Part shown: positions 1 through 8,034 of the stretch, piece by piece
How the letters are laid out: every line of letters starts with the position of its first letter
Position numbering within the stretch: position 1 is the stretch's first letter
Notes under the pieces: generated by a model
Databases searched by the model: none
What the model was told of the DNA's origin: nothing
Seen by the model: the letters and a program-made list of their open reading frames with translations, nothing else
Assembly (NCBI GenBank): GCA_030537615.1
Contig: JAUNVP010000007.1
Location: forward strand, 52,227-116,226
DNA length: 64,000 nt
Direction: 5' to 3'
Source of the DNA: Actinomycetaceae bacterium
GTDB taxonomy: Bacteria; Actinomycetota; Actinomycetes; Actinomycetales; Actinomycetaceae
Position numbers and translations under genes: made by a program

Positions 1-45
1 CCGTAGTGAAAACGCCGAGGTCTATCGTATTGTCAGGAGGTTACC

Positions 46-1293
46 GTGTCGAAAGCACCACGTTCAGCCTCTGCGAAGCGTGACTGGGGGAGTGACGATA
101 CCGGATGCACTATTCTCCACGTCGATATGGATTCGTTTTATGCCTCGGTGGAGGTCCTTCTCGATCCACGGCTCGAAGGTCGGCCTCTCATCGTGGGAGG
201 TCGGAGTAATCGCGGTGTCGTGACGTCCGCAACCTACGATGTTCGTGCTCTGGGAGTGAGTGCGGGGATGCCCATCATGCGAGCACGTCAATTGGCGCCG
301 CAAGCAGTCGTCGTTGGTGGTCGGCGTGACATGTATGTTGAGTACTCTCGAAAAGTTATGGGGATTCTCGAATCGATCACCCCCGTTGTGGAAAAACTGA
401 GTATTGACGAAGCTTTTCTTGATGTCGCCGGATCACTGCGAAGGCTCGGAACTCCGGTGACGATCGGGAAACTCATTCGTCGACGAATTCACGATGAGGT
501 CGGTTTAGTTGCATCGGTCGGGATCGCGGGTGTGAAATCGGTGGCCAAGATTGCCTCTTCACACGCTAAACCCGACGGTCTCCTGTTGATCCCTCGGGAC
601 GCGACTGTTCCCTTTCTTCACTGCCTACCGGTGGGAGCGTTGTGGGGGGTCGGGGGGCGTACAGAGCAGATTCTTGAACGCGCCGGAATTGATACGGTGG
701 CAGATCTCGCCCATTGTTCTCTCACCCGGCTCGATCAACTCCTCGGAGTGGCTAGCTCGCGACGTTTGTATGATTTGGCGTGGGGCAAGGATCCGCGTGC
801 TGTTACTGTCCATCGACCGGAAAAGTCAATCGGTACCGAAACCACGTTTGGTAGCGATGTGACGGAGAGGCCTACGTTGCGTGCGGTTCTACTCGAACAG
901 TCTCATGAATGCGCGAAACGTCTGCGGGAGGCAGATTTGGTTGGGTGGACTATCGCCATTAAGGTGCGAGCGGCCGATTTCACGACGGTTAATCGCTCAG
1001 TCACTCTCCCCGGTCCCACTGACACCGGCCGCGACATCGCTCAAGCGGCGCACGAACTATTCCACAAGTACGGTATCCCGTCGGGAGGAGTGCGATTGAT
1101 CGGAGTGCGGGTCGAGAATCTGCAATCGAGGTCGCAGGGTGTTCCGGTGGCTCTCGACGATGATCTGCGCACCGAGTCAACCGAACGCACGATGGATGCA
1201 GTACATTCAAAATACGGATTATCGTCGCTGAAGCCAGCGTCTCTTTTGCGTCCCGACCAGCAAGGACGCCCCGAGAAGAATTCTCCCGAATAG
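46..1293 (+). CDS. dinB: DNA polymerase IV (Y-family translesion polymerase)
   Basis: 415 aa. N-terminal 'ILHVDMDSFYASVE' UmuC/DinB catalytic motif and Y-family architecture throughout. GTG start preceded by an AGGAGG ribosome-binding site. Confidence 0.9.
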   Translation: MSKAPRSASAKRDWGSDDTGCTILHVDMDSFYASVEVLLDPRLEGRPLIVGGRSNRGVVTSATYDVRALGVSAGMPIMRARQLAPQAVVVGGRRDMYVEYSRKVMGILESITPVVEKLSIDEAFLDVAGSLRRLGTPVTIGKLIRRRIHDEVGLVASVGIAGVKSVAKIASSHAKPDGLLLIPRDATVPFLHCLPVGALWGVGGRTEQILERAGIDTVADLAHCSLTRLDQLLGVASSRRLYDLAWGKDPRAVTVHRPEKSIGTETTFGSDVTERPTLRAVLLEQSHECAKRLREADLVGWTIAIKVRAADFTTVNRSVTLPGPTDTGRDIAQAAHELFHKYGIPSGGVRLIGVRVENLQSRSQGVPVALDDDLRTESTERTMDAVHSKYGLSSLKPASLLRPDQQGRPEKNSPE

Positions 1294-1340
1294 GAAAATT
1301 CCGCGTCACGATTTAGACTGGACGCAGAAAGCTGTCCGTC

Positions 1341-1766
1341 ATGATGGTAGCCCGGAAACCGACTGGTGTAACGGAGGTGAAAACAGTGGCGTTATCCGAA
1401 CAAGATCGACAAATCCTTGAACAACTCGAACGGGAGTTGCGGCGAGAAGATCCGCATTTGGCGTCCACTCTATCCTCGCAACATCGGACGCCGGTACGGG
1501 GAAAAAAATCCTATTCGCCGCGACGCGTTGGACTGGGAGTCGCGCTTGCTTTGGCGGGGCTCGTGCTTCCGATCGTAGGAATCTCGATTGGACTTCTATG
1601 GGTCACCGTGCTTCTAGGAGTCGCTGGCTTCGCACTGATGGTGACCGGCGTGCTGTTTATTGCTGTACCAACGGTTGAAAACGGTGGTGTGACGCGTCCG
1701 TCCAAACCTCAGTCCAGCTTTATGGAACGGCAACAACAGAAGTGGGACGAGCGTAAGAACCGTTAG
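1341..1766 (+). CDS. small membrane protein, DUF3040-like
   Basis: N-terminal 'LSEQDRQILEQLERELRRED' motif followed by two hydrophobic helices. True start may be the internal GTG (VKTV...). Confidence 0.5.
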   Translation: MMVARKPTGVTEVKTVALSEQDRQILEQLERELRREDPHLASTLSSQHRTPVRGKKSYSPRRVGLGVALALAGLVLPIVGISIGLLWVTVLLGVAGFALMVTGVLFIAVPTVENGGVTRPSKPQSSFMERQQQKWDERKNR

Positions 1767-1840
1767 GTGCGGTACAACAAGGTGTGGAGTAATGAATGAG
1801 GGGGAAGGTGAGAACCTTCCCCCTCATTCATTACTCTGGT

Positions 1841-3079
1841 TTATTTCTTGATGACGAACCCCTTGGGTGCGACCGTGATACCCGATTCGGTGACGGTCAG
1901 GCCCCGTGCCCGATCGCGTTCGAGATCGAGTCCAACTTCAGCGCCTTCCTCGACGATGACATTCTTATCGAGAATGGCACGTGATACAACGGCGTTACGT
2001 CCGATGCGGCAGCCGTCCATGAGGACGGAGTCCTCGACCTTAGCCCACGAGTGAATGTAGACACCGGGTGAAAGGACTGAGCGCACAACCTCGCCACCGG
2101 AAATAATGACACCGGGGGAGACGAGGGAGTCAATCGCATGTCCCAACCGAGTGCCGGTATCTCCGTAAACGAATTTCGCTGGCGGCAAGTGTCCAGGAAT
2201 CTGAGTTAAGGTTGGCCAGCGCAGGTTGTAGAGGTTGAACACGGGATGGACAGAGATGAGATCCATATTCGCTTCGTAGAAAGCGTCGAGAGTACCAACG
2301 TCTCTCCAGTAGTCCGCGTCGCGTTCAGTTGAGCCGGGTACTACGTTATCGATGAAGTCGTAGATGCCGCAGCCACCATTTTCGACAAACCAGGGCACGA
2401 TGTCTCCGCCCATGTCGTGCTTGGAATCCTCATTTTGCGCGTCAACGCGGAGTGCTTCAACTAGTGCATCAGTTGTAAATACATAGTTGCCCATGGAAGC
2501 GAGGAATGAGTTCGGGTCATCCGGCAATCCCTCGGTTGTCGGTGGTTTCTCGATGAATTCCTCGATACGTCCATCCTTAGCCTTGATGACGCCGAAGGCG
2601 GGAGAAAGTTCGAGCGGTTGGCGAATTCCGGCCACCGTGCAAGGAAGTCCGGACTCAATATGGTGATCGACCATTTGCGAGAAGTCCATGCGGTAAATGT
2701 TGTCGGCTCCGACGATGACCACATAGTCGGGTTTTTCATCATCAACGATGTTAAGAGACTGATAGATGGCATCGGCAGATCCAAGGTACCAGTGCGGTCC
2801 GCGGCGTTGCTGAGCAGGCACGGGAGCCACATAGTTGCCCAGGAGCGTCGACATACGCCAGGTCTTGGTGATGTGACGGTCAAGCGAATGCGACTTGTAC
2901 TGGGTGAGTACAACGATCCTCAGGTAACCCGAGTTCGTGATGTTTGATAGAGCAAAGTCAATGAGACGAAAGTGGCCGCCAAATGGGACAGCTGGTTTTG
3001 CTCGATCATCGGTTAGTGGCATCAGGCGCTTGCCTTCGCCGCCGGCTAAAACAATTGCAAGAACATGTGGTGTTGTCAT
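1841..3079 (-). CDS. glgC: glucose-1-phosphate adenylyltransferase
   Basis: 412 aa. '[17 protein letters not shown]' nucleotidyl-transferase motif and C-terminal left-handed beta-helix repeats. Divergent from the glycosyltransferase gene, as in the actinobacterial glgC/glgA(glgM) pair. Confidence 0.9.
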   Translation of the reverse strand: MTTPHVLAIVLAGGEGKRLMPLTDDRAKPAVPFGGHFRLIDFALSNITNSGYLRIVVLTQYKSHSLDRHITKTWRMSTLLGNYVAPVPAQQRRGPHWYLGSADAIYQSLNIVDDEKPDYVVIVGADNIYRMDFSQMVDHHIESGLPCTVAGIRQPLELSPAFGVIKAKDGRIEEFIEKPPTTEGLPDDPNSFLASMGNYVFTTDALVEALRVDAQNEDSKHDMGGDIVPWFVENGGCGIYDFIDNVVPGSTERDADYWRDVGTLDAFYEANMDLISVHPVFNLYNLRWPTLTQIPGHLPPAKFVYGDTGTRLGHAIDSLVSPGVIISGGEVVRSVLSPGVYIHSWAKVEDSVLMDGCRIGRNAVVSRAILDKNVIVEEGAEVGLDLERDRARGLTVTESGITVAPKGFVIKK

Positions 3080-3175
3080 GTCTTAAGAATAACTGTGATG
3101 AACCTATCTCGTGTGCGCATTGGGTCGGCTAGTGTATTGATCAGTGGTCTTTATTTAACACTGGGAGGTTAATTC

Positions 3176-4405
3176 ATGCGCGTCGATCTACTCACGCGAG
3201 AATATCCGCCGAATATTTACGGTGGAGCAGGCGTTCACGTCAACGAACTAGCGAGGGTGCTGCGCAGGCTGATAGATGTGCGCGTGCATGCCTTCGATGG
3301 GCCACGCGAACCCGGGACACCGGGTGCCGATGATGGCGTGGTCGGATACAGCTATTTGCCGGAATTAGACAACGCTAACGCGGCGCTCAAAACGTTTGGT
3401 GTTGATCTGCTTATGGCCCAGGGAGTCGAGGGTACTGACCTCGTCCACTCGCACACCTGGTACGCCAACTTCGGTGGACACTTGGCGCACCTACTGCACG
3501 AAGTACCCCACGTCATTTCAGCCCATTCACTTGAACCCTTGCGCCCGTGGAAAGCTGAGCAACTTGCCGGTGGATACAACCTGTCCTCCTTCGCAGAAAA
3601 AACTGCCTACGAGGGAGCGCAGGGAATCATTGCAGTATCGAACGGTATGAGAGATGACATTTTGCGCTCCTATCCGGCGATTGATCCGGACAAGGTGTAC
3701 GTCGTCCACAACGGTATCGATCTGACGGACTGGAACAAGCCAACAACCGATGAACAGCGTGAGGCCGCCGCGCAAACTCTCAAGAAGTTTGGGATTGACC
3801 CGTCTATTCCTACGGTTGTATTCGTCGGTCGAATCACGCGGCAAAAAGGATTGCCGCACCTCCTGCGCGCTTTGCGGGACATTCCTAAAGACTCCCAAAT
3901 CGTTTTGTGTGCTGGAGCACCGGATACGAAGGAGATCATGCAGGAGGTCGAAGCTCTGGTTGCCGATCTCAAATCTGAGCGTGATCATGTCCACTTCATT
4001 ACCGAGATGTTGCCTCGCGACCAGCTCGTTGCCATTCTTGATGCCGCAACGGTATTCGTCACGCCGTCTGTTTACGAGCCTCTCGGAATCGTCAATCTCG
4101 AAGCAATGGCCGTTGATCTGCCGGTCGTCGGAACCGCAACCGGAGGCATCCCCGATGTCATTGTTGATGGTGAGACGGGCTATCTCGTTCCGATCGAGCA
4201 AAAGGACGACGGTACGGGAACGCCGCTCAACCCAGAGAAGTTCCACGCCGATCTCGCAGAACGTCTCAGTGCGCTACTGACCGACACGGACCTGGCCGCC
4301 CGGATGGGGAAGGCGGGACGTCAACGTGTCGAAGACAAATTCGCGTGGTCTACCATCGGCGAAAAGACCGTTGAAGTATATCGGGACGTACTCGCTAAGA
4401 ACTAG
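3176..4405 (+). CDS. glgA: GT4-family glycosyltransferase, actinobacterial GlgA/GlgM type (glycogen / alpha-maltose-1-phosphate synthase)
   Basis: 409 aa GT-B fold with E-x7-E region ('EPLGIVNLEAMA'). Divergently paired with glgC. Confidence 0.75.
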   Translation: MRVDLLTREYPPNIYGGAGVHVNELARVLRRLIDVRVHAFDGPREPGTPGADDGVVGYSYLPELDNANAALKTFGVDLLMAQGVEGTDLVHSHTWYANFGGHLAHLLHEVPHVISAHSLEPLRPWKAEQLAGGYNLSSFAEKTAYEGAQGIIAVSNGMRDDILRSYPAIDPDKVYVVHNGIDLTDWNKPTTDEQREAAAQTLKKFGIDPSIPTVVFVGRITRQKGLPHLLRALRDIPKDSQIVLCAGAPDTKEIMQEVEALVADLKSERDHVHFITEMLPRDQLVAILDAATVFVTPSVYEPLGIVNLEAMAVDLPVVGTATGGIPDVIVDGETGYLVPIEQKDDGTGTPLNPEKFHADLAERLSALLTDTDLAARMGKAGRQRVEDKFAWSTIGEKTVEVYRDVLAKN

Positions 4406-4417
4406 CTTCTCCCGTTA

Positions 4418-4450
4418 CTGGGGGCGCACTCGATTCGGGTGCGCCCCCAG
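4418..4450 (+). terminator. intrinsic terminator hairpin after glgA
   Basis: 12-bp perfect stem ctgggggcgcac / gtgcgcccccag with a 9-nt loop. Confidence 0.6.
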
Positions 4451-4495
4451 TGGTTCCAATAGGTAACTGCTCATGTTGCACGATAGTATCGAGAT

Positions 4496-5293
4496 ATGGA
4501 ACACGTTGTGCACTTGGAGAATGTTGATGTTCGCCGCGGAGGTAAGCCGATTCTTACGGCGGTGGATTGGACGGTCAATCCCGGAGAAAATTGGGTGATT
4601 CTTGGGCCCAATGGAGCGGGGAAAACCACGCTCGTCAAGCTACTGACCGGCCGGGTATTCCCCTCGTACACTCCCGGGCGTGAATCGACAGCGCATATTC
4701 TCGGATATCGCTTGGGGCGCGTAGATCTAAGCGAGTTGCGCACTGTAGTTGGCATGTCATCTGCCGGGGAAGAGCAGTTCTTACCACACGATGAAAAAGT
4801 ATTCGATCTTCTCCTATCGACCCTGTACGGAAAAACAGTCCGAGGACGCGAAGAATACGAAGACGAAGATCAGAGCCGAGCATCGGATTTGCTCCATATT
4901 TTCGGCATTGGACAACTTGCCGAGCGCCGCTTCGCCACTCTGTCAGAAGGCGAGCGTCAACGAGTTCAAATCGCTCGCGCACTGATGGCCGATCCGCAGA
5001 TTCTTATTCTCGATGAGCCAACTGCTGGCCTCGATATGGGGGCACGCGAGCTACTGATGATTGCGTTGGAAGAAATTGCCCGTGACCGCCGCGCTCCCGC
5101 ACTCATTCTTGTTACGCACCATGTCGAGGAAATCCCCAGAGGATTTACTCACGCTGCGGTCATGAATGCCGGGTCCATCGTCTCCGCCGGGCCGATCGAG
5201 GACATTCTCGTCGACGACGTGATCTCGTCAGGATTTGGACTCCCACTGGTTGTTGGCTCAGATCACGGCCGCTGGTGGGCACGCGCAGAATAA
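4496..5293 (+). CDS. stand-alone ABC transporter ATP-binding protein
   Basis: Walker A 'GPNGAGKTT', signature 'LSEGERQRV', Walker B 'ILILDEPTAGLD'. No permease gene adjacent. Confidence 0.8.
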   Translation: MEHVVHLENVDVRRGGKPILTAVDWTVNPGENWVILGPNGAGKTTLVKLLTGRVFPSYTPGRESTAHILGYRLGRVDLSELRTVVGMSSAGEEQFLPHDEKVFDLLLSTLYGKTVRGREEYEDEDQSRASDLLHIFGIGQLAERRFATLSEGERQRVQIARALMADPQILILDEPTAGLDMGARELLMIALEEIARDRRAPALILVTHHVEEIPRGFTHAAVMNAGSIVSAGPIEDILVDDVISSGFGLPLVVGSDHGRWWARAE

Positions 5294-5302
5294 GATACCC
5301 GC

Positions 5303-5785
5303 ATGAGTGTTTTCTGGTGGATCGCAATTGCGATTGGATTAGGCGTTATCGAGGTTCTATCGGCCGATTTGATTTTCCTCATGCTCGCCTTCGCCGCGCT
5401 GGTAGCGGCAGGCGGCTCTGCGTTCGGTCTCAGCTTCACGATGCAGATGGTGGTATTTACAATCGCGGCTCTCGTTTTGCTTCTTACCGTGAGGCCGTGG
5501 GGTAAAAGGATTTTGACGCGCCACACACCGAACATTCAAACCAATGCGCAGGCATTGCCTGGGCGAACCGCTCTAGTCACCGAGCTCGTCACCCCCTCGG
5601 GTGGCCGAGTTCGCCTGGATGGTGAAGTCTGGTCGGCCCGTTCGGCGACCAGTGAAAACTTTGCCGCCGGAACACGCGTTTTCGTCGAAGCTATCGATGG
5701 GGCGACAGCGGTTGTCACTCGCGCAGACATTCCACCATCACCACAGGGGGACCCGCACTCGGGTGGGCTCCGTCCGACAACGTAA
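5303..5785 (+). CDS. NfeD-family membrane protein (short form, OB-fold C-terminus)
   Basis: Three N-terminal hydrophobic helices followed by a small beta-rich C-terminus. Lies immediately upstream of the SPFH gene, the canonical NfeD-stomatin pairing. Confidence 0.65.
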   Translation: MSVFWWIAIAIGLGVIEVLSADLIFLMLAFAALVAAGGSAFGLSFTMQMVVFTIAALVLLLTVRPWGKRILTRHTPNIQTNAQALPGRTALVTELVTPSGGRVRLDGEVWSARSATSENFAAGTRVFVEAIDGATAVVTRADIPPSPQGDPHSGGLRPTT

Positions 5786-5800
5786 GACGAGGAATCATTT

Positions 5801-6694
5801 ATGTTCGGCTTCTTAGACGTCTTTCCATCAGTCATCGGTTTACTTCTTCTCATATTTGCCGTTGTTACCGTCGTGAGGGCAGTGCGAATCGTCCCTCAAT
5901 CTCGGGCACTGGTTGTCGAGCGACTGGGCAAATTTCATTCGGAGATGTTTGCCGGTTTGCACTTGATCATTCCGTTCATTGATCGCATCGCCTCCCAGGT
6001 CGATTTGCGCGAGCAGGTGACGTCGTTCCCACCCCAGCCGGTGATCACTGCCGACAACGTGGTGGTATCTATTGACTCGGTGATCTACCATCAGGTCACC
6101 GACCCGAAGGCCGTCACCTACGAAATCGCCAACTACATTCAGGCCATTGAACAACTGACCGTGACGACGCTTCGTAATGTCATCGGTTCGATGGATCTTG
6201 AACAAACGCTTACGTCGCGCGATCAGATTAACGCTCAGCTTCGTGGCGTCCTCGATGAGGCGACTGGTCGCTGGGGCATCCGTGTGAACCGAGTGGAACT
6301 CAAGGCGATTGATCCGCCACCGACCATTCAGCAAGCGATGGAACAGCAGCTTCGTGCTGAGCGCGATAAGCGCGCCGCGATTCTCACCGCGGAAGGGGTG
6401 CGACAGTCGCAGATTCTCCAAGCTGAGGGTGAAAAACAGTCGAGCGTGTTGCGCGCAGAAGGTGTTGCTAAGGCTAAAATTCTTGAGGCCGAAGCTGAAG
6501 CCAAAGCGATTGAGCAGGTGTTCGAAGCAATCCATGCGGGCGATGCTGATCCCAAACTCCTGGCCTACAAGTATCTACAGATGCTACCGAAGCTCTCCGA
6601 GGGCGAAGGCTCGAAAGTATGGGTCGTCCCCACCGAACTCACTGCCGCACTCAAGTCGATTTCAACCGGCTTTACCGGCGAGCAAGGAAACTAA
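5801..6694 (+). CDS. SPFH/band-7 (stomatin/QmcA-like) protein
   Basis: Single N-terminal TM, then an SPFH core ('VVERLGKF...IPFID...') and a coiled-coil 'AEGEKQS..AEGVAKAKILEAEAEAKAIEQ' tail. Confidence 0.85.
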   Translation: MFGFLDVFPSVIGLLLLIFAVVTVVRAVRIVPQSRALVVERLGKFHSEMFAGLHLIIPFIDRIASQVDLREQVTSFPPQPVITADNVVVSIDSVIYHQVTDPKAVTYEIANYIQAIEQLTVTTLRNVIGSMDLEQTLTSRDQINAQLRGVLDEATGRWGIRVNRVELKAIDPPPTIQQAMEQQLRAERDKRAAILTAEGVRQSQILQAEGEKQSSVLRAEGVAKAKILEAEAEAKAIEQVFEAIHAGDADPKLLAYKYLQMLPKLSEGEGSKVWVVPTELTAALKSISTGFTGEQGN

Positions 6695-6697
6695 GAC

Positions 6698-8032
6698 ATG
6701 GACGCCCAGCAAGAGCACGTACTTCGAGAAATCGCCGAACAAGGCATCCGATTCATCCGGCTGTGGTTCACGGACGTATCCGGTGTGCTCAAAGCTGTGG
6801 CGATCGATCCGGGAGAACTCGAGTCGGCATTTAGCGAGGGCATTGGATTTGACGGGTCGTCGATTGAAGGTTTGACTCGGGTGTACGAGTCGGACATGCT
6901 CCTTAAACCCGATGCGACGACGTTTGCCCTCCTACCGCGTAGATCGGGCGACGAACTCGTTGCTCGAATGTTCTGCGATGTCCTCACCCCCGACGGCCAG
7001 CCGGCTCTATCCGACCCTCGAGGAGTGCTTGAACGCACCCTCGCGAAAGCCGCCGAAATCGGGTTCACCGTCATGGTTCATCCTGAAGTCGAGTTTTACC
7101 TGCTGAAGGCAACTGACGATCCGCTCGCGATTGAGCCGGTAGACAATGCCGGCTACTTCGACCACGTTGCTCGTGATGGCTCCAATGATTTTCGTCGGCG
7201 GGCCGTGCGCACGCTTGAAGATATGGGAATTTCAGTCGAGTTCTCACATCATGAGGGCGGGCCCGGGCAAAATGAAATTGATCTGCGGGCAACTGAGGCT
7301 CTGCGTGGCGCGGACAACATCATGACTCTGCGCACGGTCGTCGAAGAAATCGCGCTGTCAGAAAACCAAGTCGCCACCTTTATGCCCAAGCCGTTTGTTG
7401 ACTACCCCGGCTCGGGTATGCACATGCACATTTCCCTCTTTGAAGGCGAATCGAATGCCTTCTTCGATGCGGCGGGGCAGTACCAGCTATCGAAAACAGG
7501 ACGTCACTTTATTGCTGGGCTCTTGAAACATGCGCGGGAAATCAGCGCGGTCACGAATCAACACGTCAACTCCTACAAGCGTCTGTGGGGCGGGGGAGAG
7601 GCCCCGAGCTACGTGTGTTGGGGGCACAACAACCGGTCGGCGTTAGTACGCGTTCCGCTCTACAAGCCGGATAAAGGGAAATCGGCGCGGATTGAATATC
7701 GCGGCATGGATTCCGCGGCTAATCCGTATCTGGCGATTGCCTGTCTCGTCGCTGCGGGATTAGCGGGTATCGAAGGGAAATACGAGCTTCCCGACGAGGC
7801 TGAGGACGATGTCTGGCAGTTGACCGATTTCGAACGCAAAGCTCTCGGCATCAGCGCTTTGCCACATTCCCTCAAAGATGCAATCGATTCCTTGCGTGAA
7901 TCTGACCTGGTGGCACAGACACTGGGAGAAGAAGCTTTTGATTTTGTCATTCGCGATAAGAATCAAGAGTGGCGGCAATATCGTGCTCAAGTCACTCCCT
8001 GGGAGAGACTGAAATCCATTAGGTTGATGTAG
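6698..8032 (+). CDS. glnA2: glutamine synthetase, GlnA2-type (444 aa)
   Basis: GS catalytic-domain motifs ('HHEGGPGQNEID', 'MHMHISLF', 'NPYL'). Its length and position directly upstream of glnE match actinobacterial glnA2. Confidence 0.8.
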   Translation: MDAQQEHVLREIAEQGIRFIRLWFTDVSGVLKAVAIDPGELESAFSEGIGFDGSSIEGLTRVYESDMLLKPDATTFALLPRRSGDELVARMFCDVLTPDGQPALSDPRGVLERTLAKAAEIGFTVMVHPEVEFYLLKATDDPLAIEPVDNAGYFDHVARDGSNDFRRRAVRTLEDMGISVEFSHHEGGPGQNEIDLRATEALRGADNIMTLRTVVEEIALSENQVATFMPKPFVDYPGSGMHMHISLFEGESNAFFDAAGQYQLSKTGRHFIAGLLKHAREISAVTNQHVNSYKRLWGGGEAPSYVCWGHNNRSALVRVPLYKPDKGKSARIEYRGMDSAANPYLAIACLVAAGLAGIEGKYELPDEAEDDVWQLTDFERKALGISALPHSLKDAIDSLRESDLVAQTLGEEAFDFVIRDKNQEWRQYRAQVTPWERLKSIRLM

Positions 8033-8034
8033 CC

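Noticed and set aside
3527-4246. 239-aa antisense ORF inside glgA. Similar long antisense or alternate-frame ORFs occur at 2461-2913, 5840-6535, 20085-20699, 25997-26689, 32945-33460, 52649-53197 and 54164-54667.
   Set aside because: They lie fully within well-supported genes on the opposite strand or in another frame. In high-GC DNA such stop-codon-poor frames are expected, and none shows recognisable motifs.
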